Below, piece after piece: positions 37,727-50,902 of a stretch of 64,000 bases of DNA. The stretch lies in contig NC_086097.1 of NCBI RefSeq assembly GCF_963921235.1, positions 207,702,001-207,766,000 of the forward strand, written 5' to 3'. Source of the DNA: Mobula hypostoma. Taxonomy: Eukaryota. The position numbers and the translations under genes were made by a program. Positions within the stretch are counted from its first letter, which is position 1, and the number at the start of each line of letters is the position of its first letter. Below the pieces are notes generated by a model that saw only the letters and a list, made by a program, of their open reading frames with translations, searched no databases and had not been told where the DNA came from.

Positions 37727-38029
37727 AATAGAACAGTGTACTTGCAACATGTCAGGAGGTATGCTCAATACAGCTGTGTGAGTCCGTCAGCTTGATTTTG
37801 ATCACTAACCTGTCCTTTGCATAAGAGATGGAGAAGTTGAGAAAGGGAAGAGAAGAATTAATGATGGATCAATTAAAAGTGAGATCAGTGTGGAAACAGG
37901 CAGCAAAGGTGATGAAACTTTTGTTTTCTATATGAGAGTAGAAAGCAGCAACAATATGGTTTCAGCTTGGACATGCTGATTCCAAAGCTATCCCTTGGAC
38001 TTGGAGGAAGTGACTGTTGCTAAAGGAGT

Positions 38030-38310
38030 TGTACAATGTGAGAATATATTCCACTGGAGAGGGATTGGTTGGGTCTCTACTCAAGATAAAAGCTGTCAGA
38101 AGAAGTGGATGTCCATGGTGAAATCGAGATAATTGGTACCATGAAACAGGAAACTTTCAAAATGATAGATAATGTTCAAAGATCTTGTTTAGATGTATAT
38201 GGGGAAAAAACTGGACAAATGGAGAAATCATGGTGTCAAGATATGAAGCAGTAAGTTTAGTGGGGCTAGAGCAGTCTAAAGGAATAAGGTCTATTGGGAT
38301 AGTTACCTCA
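38030..38310 (-). mobile_element. Highly degraded PLE reverse transcriptase fragment
   Basis: Frameshifted minus-strand reading NYPNRP..DCSSPTKLTASYLD resembles the PLE RT motif GRPIVS.C..PT...S.YLD. Confidence 0.4.
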
Positions 38311-38989
38311 TGGAGGAGCTGAAGTGGCAGTGCCTGGTTGAGGGACCATGAGCTTGTGGGCTCTGGAAAGATCAGCTGTGATTAACAAGCCCACAGCACC
38401 ACCCCTCAACCATTATGCGATATCCTTTCACTCTACACCTCACCTCCTTCACTGCATCTTAAACCATGTTTGCTTTCAGCCTCTGCCCAACTCTGGTGAA
38501 AGACCATTAATCCTGTCCCCCTCCCCCCACCCCTTCTCTCTTGCTTGACTTGCCGAGCATTTCTAGCATTTTCTCTTTTAGTTTCCAATAAAAATTTCAT
38601 AGCCCGCTGTCACTGTTGTGAAGAAATGTTACTTTTTGTCTGGATCTGAGAGAAAATTCCAGCCCAACATTTAACTGAAAAGTAAACAGCAGTCTCCATA
38701 ACAAACTTACATAAAAGCTGTAACTTCTTAGATGGTAATGTAAATGCGATATACTGTGGAACTCAAATGGGTGAAGGGCTGGATTAGCAGCAGAATGTTG
38801 AGATTAGGTGGCACCATAAAATTGATGTCCTTTGATGACATAGCAAACCTTCTTAAATTGCAGTTTTGCACCTCCATGGATTGCATTTACAGGTACATGC
38901 ATACTCTCTAGTTTTAATACTTTAATTCTCACCTAACGAAAACTAATCAACCAGGAACATTAAATACAAGAGATTCTGCATATGCTAAA

Positions 38990-39435
38990 ACACTTCATAT
39001 TCTGTCTGGGTAGCTTCAATACCTCTTGGCATGAATATCGATTTCTCCAAATTTCTCCCCCTTCCCTCCTTCTTTCTTTATCCATTCTCCATTCTCGTTA
39101 CCCTCTCCCCCTTCTCTTCACCTGAGCATCAACTCCCCCTGGATGCCCCGCCTTTATGGTCCACTGTCCTCTCCTATTAGATTCCTTCTTCATCAGCCTT
39201 TACCCCTTCCACCTATCACCTTGCAGCTTCTTACTACACCTACCTGTCCCCTTACCTGGTTTCACCTATCACTTGCCAGCTTGTACTCCTTCCCCTACCC
39301 CCTTCCTTCGTAGTCTGTCTTCTGACAACCTCCATTCCATTCCTGATGAAGGGTCTCATTCTGAAAGGTTGACTGTTTATCCCCCTCCATGGACGCTGCC
39401 TGACTTGCTGAGTTCCTCCAGCATTTTGTGTGTCG
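38990..39435 (+). mobile_element. PLE 3' end with degenerate hammerhead motif at ~39343..39375
   Basis: 'ttcatattctgtctgggtagc..ggcatgaatatcgatttctcc', a pyrimidine UTR, then 'cctgatgaagggtctcattctgaaaggttgactg'. Confidence 0.75.
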
Positions 39436-39444
39436 ACTTAAAAC

Positions 39445-39448
<4 letters not shown>

Positions 39449-39485
<37 letters not shown>
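39449..39485 (+). repeat. (AC)n microsatellite, ~18 units
   Basis: Direct reading. Confidence 0.97.
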
Positions 39486-39488
<3 letters not shown>

Positions 39489-39489
39489 G

Positions 39490-40843
39490 CACTGTTGCCC
39501 TGCCCGCTCACAGCTTCCTATGTTGTTGATTCGTTTGGATTCTCTCAAATTCGTTATCTTAATTGTGTGTTTTAGCACTTCTAACCCACGCTCAGAGAAT
39601 CCGGTCCGCGGTAAAGTGGAATCAGTTTGACTGATTTACGGCAGAAATGATTAACTATTTTCAGATTCCGATTCAGTGTATTATTAACGCCAAGAAAGAC
39701 ATTTTACTCCAGATCCGAAGCCTAGAGAGGGGTGCAATCACATCATATAGTGGAAGAGCCTTTCCTCTTTCAAGGTGCCCGTCCACGAAATCAGGGAGCT
39801 GAAATCTCTGCTCATTGCAATATTACGCCTACCATGGATTATTTAATTCAGTTGGTGACATTAAAAAAAAAGAACTCCCCGCGGCTTTCCAGCTCCGGGC
39901 TGAAATTAACTTCCCCATCCATCTTTGACGATGCAGAAATGAATGTGGAGCAATAAGAGGGCAGCGGACCTGATCTCTGGTTCCTGTGGTGACGGGTCTT
40001 CGCGTCCACGAGTCTGCGCCTATGCTCTGCACCGCTGGGGATCACAAGACAGCACGGCAAGTCTGGCATCAAGCAATTTTTGTGCCAGAATCATTTCAGC
40101 GTCAGTAATGCAAGTTGGTTCAAAGAGCGGATTAATTGTTTGTCGAGATCTAAACGCCAAGGTATGTAAGTTTTATATAGCTTGCAGTGCTCTTTATGTT
40201 GCGTGTTTAAATGAGACGGACAATAATTATTTAAACCTGTAGAAAGTAAAGCTGCAGTTCTGGTCCGGAAAAAAAGTGAAGTCATCAAATTCAGTAGTTT
40301 GCCTGCCTTTTAATTATACCTGACGTTTCAAATAATTTGCGCTAAATGCTTGCATTTCTCTCTTTATCTATTTAGTAAACGTCCATCTGATGATGACTTC
40401 GGGAGATGGCAATGACTTCGAGTAATTAAAAAATGCAGTTGAAGTACTAACTCGCCGGAGCCGACGGCTTGAAAGGACGGTTCGTTGAAAGAATGCGCCG
40501 AAGGACTGCAACTACATATATTGATCGGAAACCTCGCTCAAGCATTGAGACAAATGAGGGGCCACTCTCTTTCCAATAAGAAAAACACAAGTTTTGTCTG
40601 TCGTTCTATTTAAACCCAAAGTACAAGTTTGAATTCCTAGGCTTACTTGCCATACTCTGTCTGTATCTAGCTGTACAGTGAAACAGATTACTTTATATAG
40701 CTTATGATATTGACAATGAAACAATAGATGCCACATGGTCTAAATGAAGCTCTTCGACGTTTCTAAGGCGTGTAATTCTCTTTCTGTCGGGATCTTCATT
40801 CCAAGCAGAACTGCGCCTGTTTCTGCCGCAGTGGCCCTGAAAT
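39490..40843 (+). promoter_or_regulatory. Putative NPBWR1 promoter / 5' UTR region
   Basis: Repeat-free and visibly CpG-enriched relative to the flanks, directly upstream of the ATG; no TSS can be assigned. Confidence 0.5.
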
Positions 40844-41851
40844 ATGGAGCATTTTGCATCGTACCCAGCCGCTCTGAACGTCTCCTGCACGCACGATCAG
40901 GTCAGTTGTTTTCCCGAGGGTGTCAACAGCACCAATTCGACGGGCCCGAGACCATACCCTGACTTTTATATCGCCATCCCCATCATCTATTCAGTGATAT
41001 GTGCGGTTGGGTTAACGGGCAACACAGCCGTAATCTATGTTATACTCAAAGCCCCAAAAATGAAAACAGTGACAAACATATTCATTCTGAACCTGGCCAT
41101 CGCGGATGAACTCTTCACTTTAGTTTTACCCATAAACGTCGCGGACTACCTTCTGCTTCAGTGGCCCTTTGGCGAGTTGATGTGCAAATTAATCATTTCC
41201 ATTGATCAATACAACATCTTTTCCAGCATATACTTCTTGACCATCATGAGCATTGACCGCTACCTGGTGGTCCTCGCCACAGCCAAGTCGAAGAAAATGT
41301 CCTATCGCACCTACAGGGCGGCTAAGATCATCAGTATCTCCGTCTGGCTCCTCGTTACCGTCATAATTTCGCCCTTCACGATTTTCGGTAAGATCCACGA
41401 CGACAAGGGCAGGTTGCAGTGTGTCTATGTGTTTCCATATCCTGAGGTTCTGTGGTGGAAGGCTAGTAGGATTTACACTCTCCTGATGGGATTTGCCATT
41501 CCAGTATCCACAATCTGCATCCTATACACAATGATGTTGTGTAAATTGAGAAATATGCGTTTGAACACCAACGCCAAGGCTCTGGATAAAGCCAAGAGAA
41601 AGGTGACGATAATGGTGATGGTTATCCTAGCGGTTTGCCTGTTCTGCTGGACGCCCTACCATTTGAGCACGATTGTGGCGTTAACAACAGATATTCAACA
41701 GACAACAGTTATCATTGGGATCTCCTACTTTATCACCAGCCTAAGCTATGCCAACAGTTGTCTTAATCCTTTTCTGTATGCCTTTTTGGATGACAGCTTC
41801 AGAAAGAGCTTTCGGAAGCTAATAGAATGCAGAGCAACTCCTAATATTTAG
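40844..41851 (+). CDS. NPBWR1: Neuropeptides B/W receptor type 1 (GPR7), intronless class A GPCR, 335 aa
   Basis: Seven TM segments; GNTAV, LAIADELF, SIDRY, CWTPYH and NPFLY motifs; N-terminal sequons NVS/NST. ADELFTLVLPIN..DYLL and IDQYN fit NPBWR1 better than NPBWR2 as I recall them. Confidence 0.93.
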   Translation: MEHFASYPAALNVSCTHDQVSCFPEGVNSTNSTGPRPYPDFYIAIPIIYSVICAVGLTGNTAVIYVILKAPKMKTVTNIFILNLAIADELFTLVLPINVADYLLLQWPFGELMCKLIISIDQYNIFSSIYFLTIMSIDRYLVVLATAKSKKMSYRTYRAAKIISISVWLLVTVIISPFTIFGKIHDDKGRLQCVYVFPYPEVLWWKASRIYTLLMGFAIPVSTICILYTMMLCKLRNMRLNTNAKALDKAKRKVTIMVMVILAVCLFCWTPYHLSTIVALTTDIQQTTVIIGISYFITSLSYANSCLNPFLYAFLDDSFRKSFRKLIECRATPNI

Positions 41852-42520
41852 TGTTGGGTGTACAGTATCTGTCCATTTACTAATGTTGCATGTGATTCTG
41901 CCTTGCCTACTTCAAAAACTATGCCCCGAGATGCCCATGTATGCTCTTTAAAAGACTGTTAATGTACTGATTATATCCTGGGGAATAAAATAAATTTACT
42001 GGTCAAATTAAAAATTAAATTTACACTATGGGAATATAGAAGTTCCATAATGCATATGTATATAACCTTTATATATGTATGGTATTAAATGTTACATATA
42101 ATTTGAATAAAAGGATACATTCGTTGTGCAAAGTTCATGCAGTTATTGTATGATATATGTATGTATTGGTTAGATCATTTGGAAGACAATGTATAACAAT
42201 ACAGTGTTGCTAAAAGCATGTATGTGAAATTATTTGTGAACTGTCCATTATGTAAATATTTTGTATGTTGCAAAAGCAACAAGTGAAATTCTCTCATCTT
42301 AGGCATGTGCTCGTGCATTTTTTTTCCGGTTCATGTGTAAATTGTTCATAGAGATAGTTGCAACTTTATGGCCAAGGTGTAAACTGACAAATAATTAATG
42401 CAGCTCATGTAGACTTGGCATCAAATATCATTTGAAATGTATAGTCTTAACTAAATTTTCATTTTAAAACCTTCAAATGTAAGTCAATGTATTGTCAATG
42501 ACACTGTGAATCTTTTTGAT

Positions 42521-42526
42521 AATAAA
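42521..42526 (+). terminator. Candidate polyadenylation signal for NPBWR1 (alternatives at 41984 and 42106)
   Basis: AATAAA followed ~15 nt later by the T/GT-rich 'tgtttcttgtccttc'. Confidence 0.45.
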
Positions 42527-45423
42527 ACCTTGTGCAAATGTTTCTTGTCCTTCAATTTGGCTGTAATCTTCTTTATATTGGTGATTACTATAATGACTAA
42601 TTACAGTCATTTATTATTTTATAGTTTGTTATTGTAATTATGTCCCACAATCCAAGTAGCACTAGTTTTTTCACACCTGGCCATTGGCTTGCTTTTATTT
42701 AGGTTCTGATGCACTGAACTGATTAAATTTTCTTAACTGTTCTCACAATACACATATATATTACAAATACAAAAATATACAAATAGATTAAAATCCAGTA
42801 TAACTGTGCTTAGAAAATATAAATATCAGGTAGGTGGCAATTTCTTTTGGAAATTTTATTTCTGATTCAGGTCAAAGACAGAAAAGAAAAAACGGTTTCT
42901 TGCTTATGATAATTGATAACTGGTTCAGTTAGCATTAAATAACAAACACAAAAATGCAAAAAGAAAAAACACCTTCAATATGTCAGTTGCTGTCTGCACA
43001 ACCACTATCTGTAAGTTGCATGTAAATGTAATGTTGATGCATAGAAGATGCTTTCATACAGCTGCATCTGGGGTACATTTCCAGGACAATATATACTAGA
43101 AAATATTTAAGAAAATACATCTTCAAATTTTCTGCCGACTTTACACATAATTTACTTGTGAATCTTTTGCATGTATTCACGGATTAATTACCAACCATAT
43201 GATATTCTCATGTTTAACTCTTTGGAGCCATCTGCTGTGTGTAAGAAAAGGCTAAAAGCTCTCTGCACAGGACACAATATCAATAACTTGTTTTTAAGTA
43301 AGTTATATTCCATCTGTAGATATTTATTTAGTGCAAAAACGTGACTAGCTGGCATGATTCACCTTTTAACTATACCTATATCATTTTAAAATAATGTACT
43401 TTTAAGTAATATTTTATTACATCTGTACTACAGCTTGTTTTCAGAACAAAGTATGTTAAACTTTCTTAGTTTTCTCAAGGTTATTTTGCAATTCTATAAC
43501 AGATTGAGTTAGTACATTCTTATTAAATATCATTTACTATTTTTTTTCTTCTTAGTATATTGGTGCTACTTATAGACATAACAATTTTAAAATTGATGAA
43601 TTTAATAATTCTTTTTCAGCTATTCATCTGATACTTATAAGACCAATATAGATTATTTTTCGTAAATTCTACAGCAACAAAACAAGCTGTAAGCTACTTT
43701 TGAAGAATATTTGCAGAATTAATTATCTTAGCAATAGCAATAACATTCAATTAAATGATGTCCAAAGTTTTGCTAGGGAGAATATATTTTGAAGTAAATT
43801 GCAAGGAATTACAAAGTACATTTTATTATTCACTGATTTTTTTTTTCAATTCTTCACTAGGTTTTTGCTAGATTCCCTATGCTTCAGATTTTGAGTGAAA
43901 TATGCAAACCCATTTACAAATATTACACATCTTCAGGAGCAAAATGAAGAAGGGGTGAAAGGATTTCTTTAATGAAATATGTGCCATGGTTTTCTGAAAA
44001 AAAATGTCATCTCAGTAAATTAACAAATTCAGGATCTTAAAATATTCAGTTCCATCAATAGCTATTGTTCATCTGAAAAAAGTGTTATTAGTGACAAACC
44101 TACCAAAATGATCCTTCATTGCTTCTGTACAATCCAGGAGGACCATAAAATCTTAACATATAGGAACAGAATTAGTCCACTTGGTCCATTGTGTATGCTC
44201 TGCTATTTCATCATTGCAGATACAATTTTCCTTTCAGCCCTAATCTCCTGCCATCTCCCTGTATCCTGTCATGGCCTGACTAATCAAGAATCTATCGAAC
44301 TCTGCCTTAAATATATGTAAAAACTTGGTCTCCATTGCTGCCTGTAGCAAAGAATTCCACAGATTCACTAGTCTCTGGCTAAAGAAATTCCTCCTCATCT
44401 CCATTCTAAAAGTACGCTCCTCTATTCTGAGGCTGTGTTCTCTGGTCTTAGACTCGCCCACCGTCAGAAACATTGTCTCCACATCCACTCAATGAAGGTC
44501 TTTCACCGTTCGATAGGCTTCAATGAGGTCACCTGTCATTCTTCTGAATTCCAGAGAATACAGGCCCAGAGCCATCAAAAGCTCTGCATATGACAAGCCA
44601 TTCAATCCTGGAATAATTTTCATGAACTTCCTTTGAATCTTTTCCAGTTTCAGCACATCCTTTCTAAGATAAGGGGCACAAACATGCTCACTATACTCTA
44701 AGAGAGACCTCACCAGTGCTCTATAAAGTCTCAACATTACATCCTTGCTTTTATATTCTTGTCCTCATGAAATGAATGCTAACATTGCACTAACCTTCCT
44801 CACCACAGACTCAATCTACAAACTAACCTTTAGGGAATTCTGCACAAGGACTCCCACGACCCTTTGCACCTCACTTTTTGTTAAGCAGCTTCATGTGTGG
44901 CACCTTGTTAAAGGACTTCTGAAAATCTAAATACATAACATCAAACAAATCTCCTCTGTCTATCCTGCTGTTATTTCTTCAAAGAATTCCAACAGATTTG
45001 TTAGACAAAATTTTCCCCTTAGGAAACTATGCGGACCATGGCCTATTTTATCATATGCCTCCAAGTACCCTAGGACCTCATCCTTAATATTCGACTCCAA
45101 CATCTTCCCAACCACTAAAGTCAGGCTAACTGTCCTGTAGCTTCCTTTCTTCTAAATCTCTCCCTTCTTGAAGAGTGGAGTGACCTTTGTAATTTCGCAG
45201 AATTCCAGAACCATTCTAGCATCTAATGATATTTAAAAGATCATTCCTAATGCCTCCATGATCTCTTCAGCCACCTCTTTCAGAACTCTGTGGTGTACAC
45301 CATCTGGTCCAGGTGACTTACCTACTTTCAGATCTTCCAATTTCCCGAGAATCTTCCATCTAGTTATGGTAACTTCACACACTTCATGCCCCCTGACACC
45401 TGGAACTTCCACCATACTGCTAA

Positions 45424-46664
45424 TGGGATATGATGCTGAGACTTTATAAGGCACTGGTGAGGCCACACATTGAGTATTGTGAACAGTTTTGGGCTCCTCA
45501 TCTTAAAAGACATGTGCTGGCATGGGAGAGAGTCCAGAGGAGGTTCACAAGGACGATTCCAGGAATGAAAGGGTTATCATATGAGGAACGTTTGATGGTT
45601 CTGGGTCTGTACTCGCTGGAATTCAGAAGGATGAGGGGGGAGTCTCATTGAAACCTTTTGAATGTTGAAAGGCCTAGATAGAGTAGATGAGGAAAGGATG
45701 TTTCCCATGGTGGGAGAGTCAAGGACAAAAGAGCACAGCCTCGGGATAGAGGGGCACCCTTTCAAAGCAGAGATGCAGAGAAATTTCTTTAGCCAAAGGA
45801 TGGTGAATTTGTGGAATTTGTTGCCACATGCAGCTGTGGTAGCCAGGTCATTGGGTGTACTTAAGGTAGAAATTGATAGGTTCTTGAGTGGACATGACAA
45901 GGAGAACATGGCGGGAGGAGAAGATGGCGGCGCAATGCAGCGCGCACAGCTCTCCGGTGAAATGATATCGTATTTGTAAGTAGGTTGCCGTGCACAATTC
46001 TGATTTGATGGATACAGATGTGAGAAGGCACAGAGGAACATCTGGAGAAACTTCTGAAATGCCCGGTTCGCTGCCGCTGCTAATGTGCGATCGAGAATCT
46101 CCGGAGGGAAGGCCGCAAAATTCCTGACTTTGCCTGCTGCTGGTGACCGAGGCTGCAGTCGAAGCATTCAGCAGAGATGGTGCTCAGTACTCGGTGTCAG
46201 AGGGCTGATCAGAGCTCGAAGTTTTCGGATAACTCAGAGTTGGATTGTGGTCGGGCATGGCAGGAAGAGTTTTCCTCCTTCTCCCATCTGCGTGAGATGT
46301 GGGACTTTCAAGAGACTTTGAACTTTTTTTACTGTGCTCATGGCCTGTTCTTCATCAAGTTGTGGTATTGTTGCACTGTTGTAACTATATGTTATAATTA
46401 TGTGGTTTTTGTTAGTTTTTCAGTCTTGGTCTGTCCTGTGTTTCTGTGATATTACACCGGAGGAATATTGTATCATTTCTTAATGCATGCATTACTAAAT
46501 GACAATAAAAGAGGACTGCATGTCCTCATAATCTAATCAAAGGTTATGGGGAGAAGACCAGGGAGTTAAGGAGGAGAAATAAAAGGATCAACCATGATTG
46601 AATAGTGGAGCAGACTCGATGAGCCAAATGGCCTAATTCTGCTCCTATATCTTATGGTCTTATC
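45424..46664 (+). mobile_element. CR1 3' fragment inserted antisense into the host CR1
   Basis: ORFs 45430..45651 and 45662..45900; tail 'ctcctatatcttatggtcttat'. Confidence 0.88.
45900..46536 (+). mobile_element. Non-autonomous LINE-derived element (GC-rich head plus Rex-like tail)
   Basis: Interrupts CR1 'gacatgaca|..|tcaaaggttatgggg'; head contains AACATGGCG and AAGATGGCGGC; ends aataaaa..(aatct)n. Confidence 0.65.
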
Positions 46665-47229
46665 GTGTCTTCCATAGTGGAGACTGATGCAAAATACTTA
46701 TTCAGTTCATCCGCTATTTCCTTGCCACCCATTTCTACCTCTCCAGCATCATTTTCCAGCAGTCCAATATCCACTCTTGCCTATCCTTCACACTTTATGT
46801 ATCTGAATGTTTTTGGTATCCTCTCTAATATTATTGGTTAGCTTACTTTTGTATTCCATCTTTACCTTCTTAATGACTTTTTAGTTCCCTTCTGTTGGTT
46901 TTTGAAAGCTTCCCAATCCTTTAACTTCCCACTAATTTTTTGCTCTATTATATACCCTCTCTTTGGCTTTTATGTTGGCTTTGACTTGTCTTGATAGTCA
47001 CTGTTCTGTCATCTTTCCTTTAGAATACTTCTTCCTCTATGGGATATATATATCCTGTACCTTCCAAATTGCTTCCCGAAATTCCAGTCATTGCTGCTTT
47101 GCTGTCATACCTGCCAGTGTTCTTTTCCAATCCTGGCAAACTTCTCTCTCATGCCTCTGTAATTCCCTTCCTTCACTGTAATACTGATACATCTGACTTT
47201 AGCTTCTCTTTCTCAAATGTCACGGTAAA

Positions 47230-47492
47230 TTCAAAATCAAATTTATTATCATTGGCATGTGTCGTGAAATTTTTTAACTTAGCAGCAGCAGTTCAATGCT
47301 ATGCATAATATAGAAGAAAATAAAATAATAATGATAATAAATAAGTAAATCAATTGAATAGAATAAAAATCATGCAAAACCCAGAAATAATATATATTAA
47401 AAAAATGAGGTTGTATCCAAGGGTTCAATGTCCATTTAGGAATCAGATGGCAGAGGCAGTTCCTGAATTGCTCAGTGTGTGCCTCCAGGCTT
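47230..47492 (-). mobile_element. Rex1/Babar-type 3' tail inserted in the host CR1
   Basis: 'aatcaaatttattatc..gttcaatgtccatttaggaatcagatggcagagg..ttcctgaa'. Confidence 0.65.
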
Positions 47493-48387
47493 CACATATT
47501 ATGATCACCTTCCTCTAAAGGGCTCTTTTACCTTAAGTTCTCGAATCAATTCTGGTTCATTGCATAGCACCCAGTCCAGAATAGCTAATCCTCTACTGGG
47601 CTCAACCATGACCTGCTCTAAAAATCCATTTTGTAGGCACTCTAGAAATTCCCCCTCTAGTAGTCCAGCACCAACGTGGTTTCCCAATCTATCTGCATAT
47701 TGAATTTACCCATGATTATAGTAACATTGCCCTTTTGGCATGCATTTTCTATCTCCCATTGTAATTTGTAGGCCACATCCTTACCACTGTTTTGGGGTCT
47801 GTATACAACTCCCATCAGGGTTGTTTTACCCTTCAGTTCCTTAGCTCTATCCACAATGATTCCACACCTTCTGATCCCTTGTCACCTTTTTCTAATGATT
47901 TTTTTTAACTAAAAGAGCAACACTGTCCCCTCTGCCTTCCTGCCTATTCTATCCATTTGATACAATGTTTATCCTTGGACATTTAGCTCACTGTCATATG
48001 GTGGGCAACGGTGGCGGACCCAAATGCAAGACACAGACACTGAAGTACTAGGAACTGGACTAGAGACTAGAGTTAAGCAAGGGAAGTGGGGAAGAAAGGA
48101 CGCTGGACATGACACAGGCCCTGGACGAGACAAGGATTCAGGGCCTGGGATAGGACTTGACTAGGATAGCGGAACCAGGATGAGGAACTAGGAAGCTGGA
48201 CAAGGACTCCGAGCCAGAGACTGGACAAGAACCCAGAACCTGGGTCTTGACTCGAGCTCGAACTCCAGAACTAGGCGAGGACGAGACGTGGCTACAGGAC
48301 AAGGAGTGGCAACAGGATTGGACGGGAGACTCCTGGACGGGACAAGGGAACCCCAGCACAGGACGAGGCATATGGACAAGATGAGAA

Positions 48388-48540
48388 CGCAGAGCCTTGG
48401 TCGTTGAGGGAGCGATGGGAACATAGAGCCTTAGTCGTTGAGGGAGAGACGGGAGTGCAGAGCCTTGGTCGTTGAGGGACAGACGGGAATGCAGAGCCTT
48501 GGTCGTCAAGGGAGAGACGGGAACGCAGAGCCTTGGTAAT
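48388..48540 (+). repeat. ~34-bp tandem repeat inside the LTR (about 4.5 copies)
   Basis: gcagagccttggtcgttgagggagagacgggaa[c/t] repeated. Confidence 0.85.
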
Positions 48541-48911
48541 CTTGGGACAGACAAGAACATGGAACACAGAGCTGGGACCCCTCCTTGGAAACAGGACGTA
48601 GGGCCAGGACTCATACACAGAACACAGAGCCACGACCCCTCCTTGGAAACAGGGCATAGGGCCAGGACTCATTACACAGAATGCAGAATACAACAAGACA
48701 GTTCCTAGCACAAGGTAGCGGCAGACAGCTGGACCTACCTAGCAAAGGCATGAATGCAGAGATAGTTCGAAGCAACAATAGACAGTTCCTTATCTTGCTC
48801 CAGCAATAGAACTTGACAGCAGTGCAGGCAAGGGGATACGGGCGAGGCAACAGAAGGAAGGGGAAGGGATCCAGACAGGGGGTTTGGACAGGAACAATCT
48901 AGCAGCCAGAG

Positions 48912-50890
48912 ACGACGACTTCTTCTTCTTCTGTTTTTCTTTTACGGCGGTTGGCAACCAGTTTTTCAGTGCATTACCGCCACCTGCTAGACTTGTGGTG
49001 TTCCAGCCAAATATGTCTTGGAGTTCTCTACTTTGGACAATCTAGTTCAGCCTGCAGTTCTCTATTAGCATCACTCTGTAGTTGCAATTCCTCATGAATG
49101 CTTAATGCACTTATTAGATAATGCCGCAAACTGCTATTCTTTCTTAATTTTGTCACATGCTTTCATGTAGTTGCATTACCTCAATTACATTGATTTCATC
49201 TACATCACTTGTAAGACTAAAATCATCTTGTTAAAGAATAGTATTTATCGCACATTATACTTTTAAAATTGCTGTTTTTCCAAGTCTATCTGCTTTTCAG
49301 GTTTTTCTTTTCTTGAATCGTAGCCTGCAGTTGTTTCCTGAGACCTTGGAGTTCTTCAACTGCTTCCATGTTTACATTTTATAATCTGATTGTAGATAAT
49401 TCACTTTGCAACAAATTCCATTTCCTTTTGTATCCTTGTAATAATTTCCTCCATTTTCCAATCTCTTTCCAACTAACAGTCGTTCTTGTCGGGTACTTCT
49501 ATTTGTTGTTAGAGTTCTGCACATTTACCCTGGGCTTCAAGGAAAATCCTCAGATTTTATGGTTAAGTTCTGAAACATTTCTTAAATTCTTGACCATTTG
49601 TGATAAATGTACTGCCATTAAGATTCCATCTCCCCTGCCTGTGAATTGTTGGATCCTCCATTCAGCATTTCTTTGACTTCTTCCCACCTAATCCCTTTAA
49701 TACCAAGATACTTTTTTGCAGACTTGACTATAATTTTAATTTTCTCAGTTTTTTTGCTTGTTTGTACTGAACAATTAATTGCATCTACCATAAAAAGTAC
49801 AAAATCCTTTCTCCTCATTAATAGTGTATCCTATTTTTCATATTATAGCCCTCACAATTCACTAGTTTATTATTCCCTGCATTTGTTTGCTTGACAGTCT
49901 TTTTTTTCAGCAAATTCTTTCACTGCCTCTGCATAACTGATTCCTTGAATTATTTTTACATACTGTATCTCAGCCGCCTTCTTGCTATAACTGCACCCTC
50001 GATAAGCTGCGCTGTGTTCCTCTCCACAATTGCAGCATTTCAGCCTAACTCCCGCTTCACATTTCCCATATTCATGTTTTCCAGCGCATTTCCCACATCT
50101 TTGTTTTCCTCTACAGACCGCCACAATGTGCCCGAATTTCTGACATTTATAGCATCTTAAAGGTGGTGGTATATATATTCTAACAGCATAACACATATAC
50201 CCTAAGTAAACGTTATTCGGCAATCTCTCTTCATCAAAGTTAATCATTAATCATACTTTTTCCCTTCTCTTATAACTTTCAAACGTTTGGCCTCAATAAT
50301 TTTTGCTCCTTTTACGTTCTGTTTAATCTCATCCATAGTAACTTTTGTTGGTATCCTCGAAATAACTCCTCTAGTCCACTTTCTATTGTTGGGTGTTGAG
50401 CATTGTACTTCTTTGCCATCTACTTTACTTAATCTTATCACTTTGCCTTGCTGAGCACTATCCCAACAAATCACTAATAGCAATCCATTTCATTAAATCT
50501 TTGCTCTTTTAATCTCGCCTCTAATTTTGTTGAGCATCTTCATCAAACAAATCAGGTTCCAATCACCAAAAGACACCCCAGCTTCGCTTAGTTTTATAAT
50601 TGCTTTAATCTCATCTTCTTTCCATTGTTTTGTTGTCCTGTTTTGATCATCCACTGACACCTCAGAGTTTGATATCCCATACCTCTGCTTTCTTTTCTTC
50701 TTCTTTCCATTCTATTCCTCTTTCCCACCAACCTCCAGCTCTAGTTCACTTCCACTCTCGCCAAAAACTTTCTTCAACAGCTTGGCTCATTCCTTGATGT
50801 TCTCTCTCCCCACCATTTTCCAGTCAGCCATCTTAACCCACTGCTTCCAACACACATTCAATTTCCTCTCCACAAAATTCCCTGAGGCTC
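48912..50890 (-). mobile_element. Nimb/I-group LINE retaining ORF1, with ORF2 almost entirely deleted
   Basis: ORF1 zinc knuckles RCYKCQKFGH..C / CGKCAGKH..C / CCNCGEEH..C (49870..50247); ORF2-start remnant WN..S.ITNGQEFKK at ~49625; tail 'ggtggcggtaatgcac..gccaaccgcc..(gaa)n'. Confidence 0.8.
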
Positions 50891-50902
50891 ACAGCCAGAG
50901 GC

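Noticed and set aside
48138..48850. Overlapping repetitive ORFs
   Set aside because: By-products of the 34-bp tandem repeats inside the solo LTR.
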